DNA of 24,531 bases, taken from positions 1 to 24,531 of the forward strand of contig CAZECW010000162.1 of assembly GCA_964510585.1 (NCBI GenBank), given 5' to 3'. Below the pieces are notes generated by a model. That model was not told where the DNA came from, made no database searches, and was given only the letters and a program-made list of their open reading frames with translations. A program made the position numbers and the translations under genes. The stretch's first letter is position 1; the number at the start of each line of letters is the position of its first letter. This document shows positions 8,020 to 16,748 of the stretch, piece by piece. This DNA comes from an uncultured archaeon. Lineage in GTDB: Archaea; Asgardarchaeota; Jordiarchaeia; Jordiarchaeales; Jordiarchaeaceae.

Positions 8020-8997
8020 ATGAAATCTTTAATGGTTGAGATGCTGGAACTGGATTATGAGGTTGTATCTGAAAAGATTGAGGAATTTATTAGAAATTAT
8101 GTTCGGATACTTAAAAAAGAAGGCGTTATTGTGGGTTTGAGTGGTGGACTAGACTCGAGCACCGTTGCCACTTTGAGTGTGAGAGCCTTAGGACCCGAAC
8201 GAGTGTTTGGACTAATAATGCCAGAAAGAGACAGTGAACCTCAAAACTTAAGAGACGCAAAAAGACTTGCCTCCAGTCTGAAAATAGAGTATGACGTTAT
8301 AGATCTGACCCCAATATTGAGGAAGATGGGAATATACGATATACTTCCGGACAGTATTGTAAAAAATAAGAAATTGTTTATCGAAAAATTAAGAGAGGCA
8401 TATAGGGTGAGCGTGTTTGAGCACAAAGCCGTAGATTTACCAATAGTGGATCCCCAATCTTTTGACGGCGATTATTCCTTCACCTTGAGGGATAAGACTT
8501 CAGAGATAGAAATGATTGACATCAAATCCGGCAGGCGTGGCTACTGCTTCACCTTTCCTAAAGTTAGACTAAGAAGTATCATGCTCCACTATCACGCTTG
8601 CCTCAGAAAATTGCTTGTCGCGGGAACCATAACCAAGTCAGAATATGTAACGAGCACCTACGATGAGCATGGAGACGGAGCCTGCGAAATTGCACCACTT
8701 AAAAACCTTTACAAAACTCAAGTTAGACAGCTTGCCCACCACTTAAAACTTCCAAAATACATACTAAATAAACCCTCAACCCCCGACCTAATATTGGGAT
8801 CAATAATTACCGATGAAGCCCTCATTGGTATGGATTATCTTAAATTGGATTCCATACTATGCTGTTTGGAACGTGGAATGCAGACTCAAGAAATAGTGGA
8901 AAAACTAGAAGTTGAAGAAAGCGTCGTGAGGAGAGTTCAAAACACTCTTACCATGGCTAGTTACAGGAGACAAATGCCCTTTGCGCCATCTGTATAA
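8020..8997 (+). CDS. nadE: NH3-dependent NAD+ synthetase-family protein (divergent)
   Basis: GLSGGLDS PP-loop, GLIMP, KVRLR, GTITKSE, HGDG, LYKTQVRQLA, KPSTPDL, TDE. Confidence 0.78.
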   Translation: MKSLMVEMLELDYEVVSEKIEEFIRNYVRILKKEGVIVGLSGGLDSSTVATLSVRALGPERVFGLIMPERDSEPQNLRDAKRLASSLKIEYDVIDLTPILRKMGIYDILPDSIVKNKKLFIEKLREAYRVSVFEHKAVDLPIVDPQSFDGDYSFTLRDKTSEIEMIDIKSGRRGYCFTFPKVRLRSIMLHYHACLRKLLVAGTITKSEYVTSTYDEHGDGACEIAPLKNLYKTQVRQLAHHLKLPKYILNKPSTPDLILGSIITDEALIGMDYLKLDSILCCLERGMQTQEIVEKLEVEESVVRRVQNTLTMASYRRQMPFAPSV

Positions 8998-9089
8998 AAA
9001 TCAGAGGCTGAAAATAGCTTTAGACATCTTTATTAAAGTGGGGTTGCTCGGGTAAATATGAACAGAAGGGATAAAAGCTAAGCTTTTAC

Positions 9090-9764
9090 TTATTGCGTTT
9101 CTTCGCTGTACTTTTTTAAAAATAGTGTGTATAGTTCTCTGGCCGTTTTTGGCCCTATCCCGGGAATGCTTGCTATTTGTTCCCAGTCCGCGTTTACTAG
9201 GGTTTTCAGGTCGCCGAAGTGTTCAAGGAGTCTTCTTGCTCGAATTTCGCCGATTCCGGGAAGTGAGGATACTATAAATACTAGTTGGTCTTTTACGCCT
9301 TTTTTCACCCTAGATAATTGGGGGATGCGAGGTTCTCCATTTCCTACATGTTCATCTAGACTTTTGAGGAAAAGTGCAGTGTCAAAAGCAGTTTCCAAGT
9401 TAACTATTTGGACAATTCCCCGCTTGCCTTCGGGGCTTCTTTTGAGGGAGACACTTGCAAGTGATGAAAGGTAAGCTTCCCTTTTTATTTTCCGGTACAT
9501 TAGGGCTTCCGAAATTATTCCCTCCACGATAAGATAGCTTACTTCGAAGTTGGTGCTAAGCTCGTAAAGTTGTGTGTGGAGGTGCCCAGAAGTTAAGCTG
9601 GTAATGTAGTCGTTTATCTCCTTTCTCTCCACACACAAAGCGTCGCCGACCAAGTAGTCGCCTACTGGTAAATCTTCAAACCTAATCTCTACACCGAATT
9701 GTTGCAACTTGTCGGGAATCATACTTCTCTTTTCACGGTAATCAACAAGAATCAAGCAACTCAC
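9090..9764 (-). CDS. xpf: Short-form XPF/ERCC4 structure-specific endonuclease (nuclease + HhH2)
   Basis: VDYRE, LPVGDY, CVERKEINDY (GDxnERKx3D motif), and two HhH motifs LPGIGEIRA and IPGIGPKTA. Confidence 0.88.
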   Translation of the reverse strand: MSCLILVDYREKRSMIPDKLQQFGVEIRFEDLPVGDYLVGDALCVERKEINDYITSLTSGHLHTQLYELSTNFEVSYLIVEGIISEALMYRKIKREAYLSSLASVSLKRSPEGKRGIVQIVNLETAFDTALFLKSLDEHVGNGEPRIPQLSRVKKGVKDQLVFIVSSLPGIGEIRARRLLEHFGDLKTLVNADWEQIASIPGIGPKTARELYTLFLKKYSEETQ

Positions 9765-10163
9765 CTCAAGCCTTAACAGAAGTAAAAACTATGCGAAGCC
9801 CCAAAATTAAGCATCAAATTGGTTAAGTATCCTACCCTTTACATGCAAAAATGGGGGTAAAAAGCCTTTGGTGAATCTTGGGGCGTACTATGGAAGCTGC
9901 TCGTTGCAGGTTTAGTTCTCCATGCAAAAAGCTATGAGAATGCTCGTTTAAACAAAAAGAGGAACGAGAGGGATAACTAGACAAAGGAATTAGGGCCATC
10001 TGAAAAAGCTTTCCAGAAAAATTTGCAGGAGAAACTCAAGGAGGCTAAACGCCGGAATATTCCGTTGGTTGGTGAGCTTCATTTCAATTCTTTTATAAGA
10101 TTGTGGTTCTTCTAATTTTACGTGAATCATTCCCTATAATTTGTAATTTGAGGATGATTGGAA

Positions 10164-10373
10164 ATGGCGGACATAGGTTGGGATTTTGATGGTGGTGCCG
10201 TGGAGAACCTTAATGGGCAATTAGGTGTAGATTTGAGAAAAATTACTGAGGACATGCAAAGCCTTAATACCAACTATGGATTTAGAGGAGAAAATGAAAA
10301 TAGAGGAGAGGAAAATATAAGGTGGCCAGCGAAACCAATAATGGGAGGAAGCCATCTGCGCAAAGAATCTTAA
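10164..10373 (+). CDS. Small hypothetical ORF (69 aa) upstream of queC
   Basis: Open frame with GAGGATGA just upstream, ending 22 nt before queC. No recognisable family, so it may be spurious. Confidence 0.25.
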   Translation: MADIGWDFDGGAVENLNGQLGVDLRKITEDMQSLNTNYGFRGENENRGEENIRWPAKPIMGGSHLRKES

Positions 10374-10395
10374 GATAAAGAGTCGGGTGAGTTCC

Positions 10396-11151
10396 ATGTT
10401 TAGAATAGGAGTTGTATTGTTGAGTGGGGGTTTGGATTCCACCACCATAGCTGCCTACGCTAAAAGTTTGGGTTGGGAAATCCATGCACTCACAGTTCAC
10501 TATGGACAGAGCCTCAGCAAAGAGGTTATATGCGCAAAGCAAATAGCAGAAAAGTTGGAAATAAAACACAAGGTTGTGGACATCTCACCCTTCAAGGATG
10601 TTGCTTGGTACAGTGCCTTAACCCACCCCGAATTCTTCCCCGTTCCAAAGGAACGAAGAGTGGAAGAAATGACGGAAGATATCCCAATAACATATGTTCC
10701 CATGAGGAACACCTTCCTAATTGTGCTTGCAGCCGCCTACCTGGAATCAGAAATCCTCTACAAAATAGAGAGGGAGGACATAAAACCCGAGGAGGTTGAA
10801 GCGCGAATCTTCATAGCCGCCAATGTTTTGGACTATTCAGGGTATCCAGATTGCAGACCAGAATTTTACATGAAAGTCAACGAACTCCTAAAGGTTGCAA
10901 GCAAAATTGGTACAAAATATAATGTAGATATGAGAATAGAAACACCCCTACTCTACAAGAATAAGAAGGACATAGTCGAGCTAGGAATAAAATTGAACGC
11001 ACCTTTAGAGTTGACTTGGAGCTGCTACGAGGGTGGAGATGTTCCCTGCGGAAAATGTGACTCCTGCCTACTTAGAGCTAAAGGATTTGCGGAAGCGGGA
11101 GTAGAGGATCCCCTAATTTTGAGATTGAAAAAAGAAGGAAAAATAGTGTAG
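10396..11151 (+). CDS. queC: 7-cyano-7-deazaguanine synthase (archaeosine precursor pathway)
   Basis: LLSGGLDS, TYVPMRN, GYPDCRPEF, TWSCY and Zn motif CGKCDSC. ATG at 10396 follows GGGTGA (track start 10387). Confidence 0.93.
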   Translation: MFRIGVVLLSGGLDSTTIAAYAKSLGWEIHALTVHYGQSLSKEVICAKQIAEKLEIKHKVVDISPFKDVAWYSALTHPEFFPVPKERRVEEMTEDIPITYVPMRNTFLIVLAAAYLESEILYKIEREDIKPEEVEARIFIAANVLDYSGYPDCRPEFYMKVNELLKVASKIGTKYNVDMRIETPLLYKNKKDIVELGIKLNAPLELTWSCYEGGDVPCGKCDSCLLRAKGFAEAGVEDPLILRLKKEGKIV

Positions 11152-11422
11152 AAAAAATGAAAACGAATGTTAAAAAGCCAATCCGGAAAACATGGCAGGC
11201 TAAACCACTTTGTTGTCGTAGTCTTAAGAGAACTGGATTCCACCACCTTTTCTTCTATAGCTTCTTGGTTTTAAGCGTGCCTATTTTGTAATACTTCTGA
11301 TAAGTTAAATTGCGGCCTTAATTTTTAAAAATGTTTAAATATTTGAGAGAAAACTTATTTGTTCTAAACGCTTTGGCGAAAATTTCTCTTGTTCTGATTC
11401 TATGTAAAGGGAGGTCTAAGTT

Positions 11423-12595
11423 TTGGAAGTTGAAAGAGCCGCTGTTATTGGAGCGGGAACTATGGGTTCCGACCTTTCATTACTATTCGCTCTCTATGAT
11501 GTCGACGTAATTGTTACTGACAAGTCGAAAGCAGTTCTAGATATTCTACCCGAGAAGCAAAAGAGAACTATGGGTGAGCTCCGCCAAATGGGAGTAACGC
11601 AGAAATCCTATGATGAGGTTAGGGAAAGAATTGTTATCGCCGACACTTTGAGGAAAGTAAAAGATGTGGACTTCGTTTTGGAAGCCGTAGCTGAAGATTT
11701 GCAGGTAAAGAGGAAGGTTTTTGCGGAGCTGGATAAACTGCCACGAAACGTGGTTTTAGCCACCAACACTTCCAGTTTAACAGTCACAGATATAGCTAAA
11801 GGACTAAAGGGCGCTGACAGAATTGGAGGCATGCATTTTTCTAATCCCCCTATTCTAAGCCAGCTGGCGGAAGTGGTGAAGGGAGAAAAAACCAGCGAAG
11901 AAACCGTAAATGTAATATCAAAAGTAGCCGAAAAGATTGGAAGAGTCCCAGTGAGGGTAAAAAAGGATGTTCCTGGTTTCGTGAACAACAGAATTCTCGT
12001 GGGAGCGGGACTAGAAACCCTGTGGGCAATCCATAGGGGAGAGGTTACACCACAGGAGCTTGACGCTTCACTTAGAGCCATAGGTTTCCCCATGGGCTTC
12101 GCTGAAGCCGTGGATATAATAGGAGTAGACATCATACTTGCCCTAGGCAAACATTTTGTTAAAGCCTATGGGAAACGCTTTCAGCCCCCACCAGGACTCT
12201 TTGAATCCATGGCTAGGGAGGGGAGGCTGGGAAAAAAGAGCGGGAAAGGATTCTATGATTGGAGCAAGGGCCCCCCAGTAATTGATATGAGTCTTGCAGG
12301 CAAGTATGATGTCAACAGAGCCATAGCGGGTGCAGCCAATGAAGCCTTCTGGATTATTAAAGAGGAAGTAGCGGATCCAGAAACCATTGACAAAATTGTG
12401 AAGCTGGGATTCAGGTCGCTTGTGGGAATATGTGAACTGGCGGATGCTGTGGGTCTAGATAACCTATTAAACACAATGAGAAAACTGCTTCAGGAGTATG
12501 GGTTAGAAATCTATAAGCCATGCCCTCTCTTCGAAGAGTATGTGAAAAAGGGATGGACGGGCAAAGCAGCCGGTAGGGGATTCTACAAATATTAA
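11423..12595 (+). CDS. 3-hydroxyacyl-CoA dehydrogenase with duplicated C-terminal dimerisation domain
   Basis: VIGAGTMG, EAVAE, ATNTSSL, GMHFSNPP, KDVPGFVNNRI, GRLGKKSGKGFY, and a second GWTGKAAGRGFY. TTG start after GGGAGGT. Confidence 0.9.
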   Translation: MEVERAAVIGAGTMGSDLSLLFALYDVDVIVTDKSKAVLDILPEKQKRTMGELRQMGVTQKSYDEVRERIVIADTLRKVKDVDFVLEAVAEDLQVKRKVFAELDKLPRNVVLATNTSSLTVTDIAKGLKGADRIGGMHFSNPPILSQLAEVVKGEKTSEETVNVISKVAEKIGRVPVRVKKDVPGFVNNRILVGAGLETLWAIHRGEVTPQELDASLRAIGFPMGFAEAVDIIGVDIILALGKHFVKAYGKRFQPPPGLFESMAREGRLGKKSGKGFYDWSKGPPVIDMSLAGKYDVNRAIAGAANEAFWIIKEEVADPETIDKIVKLGFRSLVGICELADAVGLDNLLNTMRKLLQEYGLEIYKPCPLFEEYVKKGWTGKAAGRGFYKY

Positions 12596-12612
12596 GGATG
12601 TGCTCCAAAACC

Positions 12613-12630
12613 ATAACTTTTCTTTTTCCA
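12613..12630 (+). terminator. Possible archaeal oligo-T terminator after the dehydrogenase gene
   Basis: CTTTTCTTTTTC tract about 20 nt after the stop at 12595. Confidence 0.3.
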
Positions 12631-13059
12631 CCAAATTTTCACATCTTCGTCTGAATCAAGACTTGATTTTTTTAAATTTTGCACTCGTTTTCGCGAATTT
12701 CCCAATAACCCACTAAAGCATTGCAGCAACCCCTAAGAGAACACCTCCAACTAGGATTAAGAGATACATTAATTATAGGTTTCTCAGCATAGAAAGTTTA
12801 TCTGGAAAAATTGTGGGGAGGAGCAGGGCATAGTTTATGGGACAAACAGCAAAAATTTTGCACAAGGCGCAAAAGAAATAGTGCCACGGGTTTCCAAAAA
12901 AGGAATTTGCCCCTTATGGAGAAGGTTGCCGCAGCTCCAAACTTAATTAAGCCGGCTAAAGGGGGGAGTTACTGCAATGGTTGAGTATCATATTTTTAAA
13001 TGAGGAAGAAGTTCTATAACTATTATGCTCTCTTACATGGAAAAGGAGGTGTGGATCTT

Positions 13060-14367
13060 ATGAGTAGAAGGTATGATGTTATTGTTGTTGGTTCAGCGTT
13101 TGCCGGTGCAGTTGCAGCAAAAACCGCAGCGGAGAAAGGGCTTAAAGTTTTACTTCTTGAAAGGTCAACTGAACCCGGAGAAAAGATTGTTTCTGGTGGT
13201 ATCCTGACACACGACGCATTCACCGAGCCCGGATTAGAATTTCTAAAGGAGGCTCCATTGGAGAGAGAACTCAAGGGTGTTAGGTGGATTATGGCCAACG
13301 AGAAGGGAGAGTCACCATTGGAACTCACATTTAGAAGTACCGATGACAGCAGGGTAGGATACACAATCTACTGCTACGATTTCTGCAAGTGGCTAACCCA
13401 ACTCGCCGTGAATGCTGGAGCCGAGTTCAGAAACAACACAACTGTTACAGATGTTATAAAGGAGGACGGCTACGTTAAGGGAGTTGTGACGGAGAAGGGA
13501 GAAAAAATCAACTCCCAGGTGGTGGTGGCAGCCGATGGAGCAAAATCATTGATAGGGATCAGAGCTGGAGTAAGGAGGAAGCTCCCGCCGGAAAATGTGG
13601 AGAACTGTGTGGTGCTAGACTTCACAATACCCGAGAGGGAGCTTAAGAGACTGGGACTAGGAGACACCTTTGAGGTTTACTGGGGAACACTAACCCCCGC
13701 AGACATAGGCTCATATGTTTGGATATTTCCCTACAGAGAAAGCTTCCACCTAGGAGTGGGAGCACTGGTTTCAAGCAGGAAGAGTCCCACCATTTTCATG
13801 GAGAGATTTCTACACTCACAACTATGGAAGGACAGATTTGAGGACGTTGCAAAATTCAGAGCCTGGATGTGGAACACTGTCCCTCTATGGTCATCACTGG
13901 ACAGAGATCAGAAAATGCTGGAAAAAACTTATGGCAACGGGATACTCGTGGCAGGGGACGCTGGAGGATTTTTGGATTCCTTCACCTGTGCAGGCTTTTA
14001 CGGCGCAATGGTTTCTGGAATGCTTGCGGGAGAAGCCGCGGCAGAGTCCATATCTAAAGGCAACATCTCAGAAGAGGGACTCTCAATCTATGAGGAGAAG
14101 TATAAAAAGAGGCTAATCTGGAGACTGATGCAAAGACCCTGGAGAAGAGACGTCATCGCAAAGATGGGTGGAGAAAAAATTGTTCAAGTAAGCTCCACGA
14201 TTTCCAACTACGTAGTAAGAAGTGCGTTTGACCAGCCCAAACCCTCAGACCTAATGCTGCTAATAAGCGGCTTCCTACCCCTAATAAGATACATAGGACC
14301 ATTCCTTTATAGGAAACTTCCCATGGTATTTAACGAACTTATGCTACTTGCGGGGGTGACAAAATGA
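13060..14367 (+). CDS. FAD-dependent oxidoreductase, FixC / geranylgeranyl-reductase family (second copy)
   Basis: YDVIVVGSAFAG, GEKIVSGG (FixC-like), VVAADG, LVAGDAGGF...GFYGAMVSG. ATG at 13060 follows GGAGGTG (track start 13000). Confidence 0.85.
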   Translation: MSRRYDVIVVGSAFAGAVAAKTAAEKGLKVLLLERSTEPGEKIVSGGILTHDAFTEPGLEFLKEAPLERELKGVRWIMANEKGESPLELTFRSTDDSRVGYTIYCYDFCKWLTQLAVNAGAEFRNNTTVTDVIKEDGYVKGVVTEKGEKINSQVVVAADGAKSLIGIRAGVRRKLPPENVENCVVLDFTIPERELKRLGLGDTFEVYWGTLTPADIGSYVWIFPYRESFHLGVGALVSSRKSPTIFMERFLHSQLWKDRFEDVAKFRAWMWNTVPLWSSLDRDQKMLEKTYGNGILVAGDAGGFLDSFTCAGFYGAMVSGMLAGEAAAESISKGNISEEGLSIYEEKYKKRLIWRLMQRPWRRDVIAKMGGEKIVQVSSTISNYVVRSAFDQPKPSDLMLLISGFLPLIRYIGPFLYRKLPMVFNELMLLAGVTK

Positions 14368-14624
14368 AGTATAAAATGTTGGAAGGAACAAACTGGACGC
14401 CAGGCGGAGAATTCATAAATATTGACCCGGAAGTTTGCACAGGATGCAAGGACTGCGTCAAGGTATGCCCCGGAGGAGTAATCAGCATAGTAAACGGCAA
14501 AGCCAAAGCGGTAAAGTACGAGAATTGCTGCGAATGTGCATCATGCTGGTTCGTGTGCACCATAGGAGCCATAAAGTTCTCATGGCCCAAAGGCGGAACA
14601 GGAAGAAAATACCGCTGGGGATAA
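14364..14624 (+). CDS. FixX-like 2x[4Fe-4S] ferredoxin (second copy)
   Basis: CTGCKDCVKVCP and CCECASCWFVC, ending WPKGGTGRKYRWG. The ATGA start overlaps the upstream stop. Confidence 0.85.
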   Translation: MKYKMLEGTNWTPGGEFINIDPEVCTGCKDCVKVCPGGVISIVNGKAKAVKYENCCECASCWFVCTIGAIKFSWPKGGTGRKYRWG

Positions 14625-14772
14625 CCACAACCAAAAAAGAATGTGCTTTATCTGAAAAATGAGAGAATAATCATTGATATACAAGGATTGGTTCCAGAAA
14701 AAAATACAAGTATACTAATGGCCCAAAAGTGAAGATAAAAGCTCTTCACTGAAATTTCCAGAAGGATTACCT

Positions 14773-15348
14773 GTGGTGGGAAAGCCAACGCACATTTTTA
14801 CGGTTGGTCACTCCACAAGGACCATTGAAGATTTCTGCAATCTCCTAAAGGAGAGCAGTGTGCAGGTCTTGGTCGATGTGCGGAGCTGGCCCAGCTCCAA
14901 ACGCTACCCCCAATTCAACCGTGAAAATCTGCAGAAGAGCTTGGAGGACAGAGGTATAAAGTATGTGTGGTTGGGAAAAGAGCTGGGAGGCTATCGAAAA
15001 AAGGGGCTGGGTGAAAAATCTCCTAATAAAGCTTGGACCAGTGAAGGATTCAGAAATTATGCAGACCACACCCTAACCCAGGAGTTTGGTGAAGGTATAG
15101 GAAAAATTTTGAGCATAGCAGAAAAACATACGGTTGCCATTATGTGTGCAGAAAAATTTTATTGGAGCTGCCACCGAAGAATTATCTCCGACTACTTAAA
15201 AGCTTTGGGACACCGGGTCACACACATAATAGATAGAGGGGAGATTAAGGAACACGTTCTTACCAGTTTTGCCGAGATAAAGGACGGGAGACTCACTTAT
15301 CCTCAAATACGCTTCAAAACCTTGAACTCCACAGGTGAAGGCGACTAA
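14773..15348 (+). CDS. DUF488 family protein
   Basis: IFTVGHSTR, LVDVRSWP..RYPQFN, YVWLGKELGG, IMCAE...CHRRII. Confidence 0.85.
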   Translation: MVGKPTHIFTVGHSTRTIEDFCNLLKESSVQVLVDVRSWPSSKRYPQFNRENLQKSLEDRGIKYVWLGKELGGYRKKGLGEKSPNKAWTSEGFRNYADHTLTQEFGEGIGKILSIAEKHTVAIMCAEKFYWSCHRRIISDYLKALGHRVTHIIDRGEIKEHVLTSFAEIKDGRLTYPQIRFKTLNSTGEGD

Positions 15349-15383
15349 AATTCGTGCAGTTCAGTTTAAGGTTTTCCTTATTT

Positions 15384-16325
15384 TTAGTGGTTTCTGGAAA
15401 CTTTTTCCTTTAGGCGGCAGAAGGAGCAAATTTTAGTGGATGTAGGGTATCCACACTCTTCACAGAGGTAAAAGTCCTTGGAATCGTTGTAGTGTTCTGC
15501 GAGTATGGGTTTTATTTTTTTGTTGAAGCTTCTTACTAGGGCAATTTTGAATCCAACTCTTTCTTTTTCCAGGGTGTTTATGACTTCTTTGAGTCTCAGT
15601 GTGGATGCGCCTGAGGCGTATGGACACTTTTGTTCCAGGTGCTGTATTCCCTTGAAAAAGTTGTATAAAGTTGTTTCGTTTTCGGAGGTTTCATATAGTG
15701 GCTTTATTCGGGAAACCATTCTCTCCCCACGTGATGGAAGCATTGGGCCTGACCTAACCAAAAGATCAATGTCTGCCTTCACATAGTTTGAGAGTAGCAC
15801 TGTGCTCTCATCGTCAAGGTTGTGCCCCGTTGCAAGACTGTTCGCCCCCAACTCAACTGCTACTTTATTAGTTACATACCTCTTTATAACACCGCAGGAG
15901 GAGCATATTGGTCTCCTCACATTTTTGGAGGAGAAAATTTCGTCTATTGTGAAGCCAAAATCCCTTTCCATATCCACTTTTTCAAGTTCTACTCCAAGCT
16001 CTCTACAATGCTTCTCTGAGATTTGCACCGCCTTCGAGGAGTAATCATCCTTTTTGATGCCCAAATCTATGTTGAGAGCAGATAACTCGAAGCCGATTTC
16101 CTCCCTCAAATTATTCAGGATGTGGAGCAGGGCTAGGCTGTCCTTGCCCCCCGAGAGAGCGAGAACCACCCGGTCTCCATTCTTAATCAGCTTATACCTC
16201 TTAATCGTGTTTTTCACATGCTTTTCAACGTATTCCGTGAAATGTTTGGGACACAAAGAGAGCCGGGCGTAAGGCACTCTAACCGAAGCTGGCTCACCAC
16301 ACTGCTTGCACTGCTTCTTAAGCAT
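15384..16325 (-). CDS. tRNA 2-thiolation protein, TtuA/Ncs6/CTU1 family (TIGR00269-like)
   Basis: N-terminal Zn finger CKQC..CPKH, SGGKDS, CSSCG, ATGHNLDD, CPY, and C-terminal CEECG..CSFC. ATG at 16325 follows GGTGA (track start 16364). Confidence 0.88.
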   Translation of the reverse strand: MLKKQCKQCGEPASVRVPYARLSLCPKHFTEYVEKHVKNTIKRYKLIKNGDRVVLALSGGKDSLALLHILNNLREEIGFELSALNIDLGIKKDDYSSKAVQISEKHCRELGVELEKVDMERDFGFTIDEIFSSKNVRRPICSSCGVIKRYVTNKVAVELGANSLATGHNLDDESTVLLSNYVKADIDLLVRSGPMLPSRGERMVSRIKPLYETSENETTLYNFFKGIQHLEQKCPYASGASTLRLKEVINTLEKERVGFKIALVRSFNKKIKPILAEHYNDSKDFYLCEECGYPTSTKICSFCRLKEKVSRNH

Positions 16326-16748
16326 CAAAAAATCACCAACCCACCAAACAAAAGTTTGAAACAATTTATGACTCTAAATTTTCGCTCCCAATCTTGGCAC
16401 CGCAATTTTATAGCTTTATTATGGTTTAAAAGGCCTGACAATGTTCATCGGTTTCCTCAAAGGCTCCAGTTATTGCAGCGGATAAGTCTCAATTTGCGTG
16501 GGGCCCTTCACCCATTTCACTGGTCAATTCTTTACCTGTGAACCATTTAAGTAGCCTTCTCTTATAAGATTTTCAATTCCCTGTAGGCCTACATTACATT
16601 ATTCCAAGCCATAAATGGTATAAACCCTCCCCATAATTAGGTATGAAGGATATATCAGATATTCTAGCTGTTTCTCCGAAACTTGGAACCCCCCCTGGGT
16701 TGATTTTGTAATCTGGAAAATCATGGTTCCTCAAAAAAAGGAATATTT

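Noticed and set aside
9871-9993. TAG read-through (pyrrolysine) ORF in the xpf/queC spacer
   Set aside because: The coding-like fragments are in different frames, the product resembles no methyltransferase, and no pyl genes are visible.
8020-16325. NadE, QueC and TtuA (three PP-loop enzymes) plus DUF488 and an ATPase as a Qat- or Dpd-like defence/DNA-modification island
   Set aside because: The genes are scattered, in different orientations and separated by unrelated genes. QueC and TtuA look canonical, and no TatD, DpdA/TGT or KAP ATPase is present.
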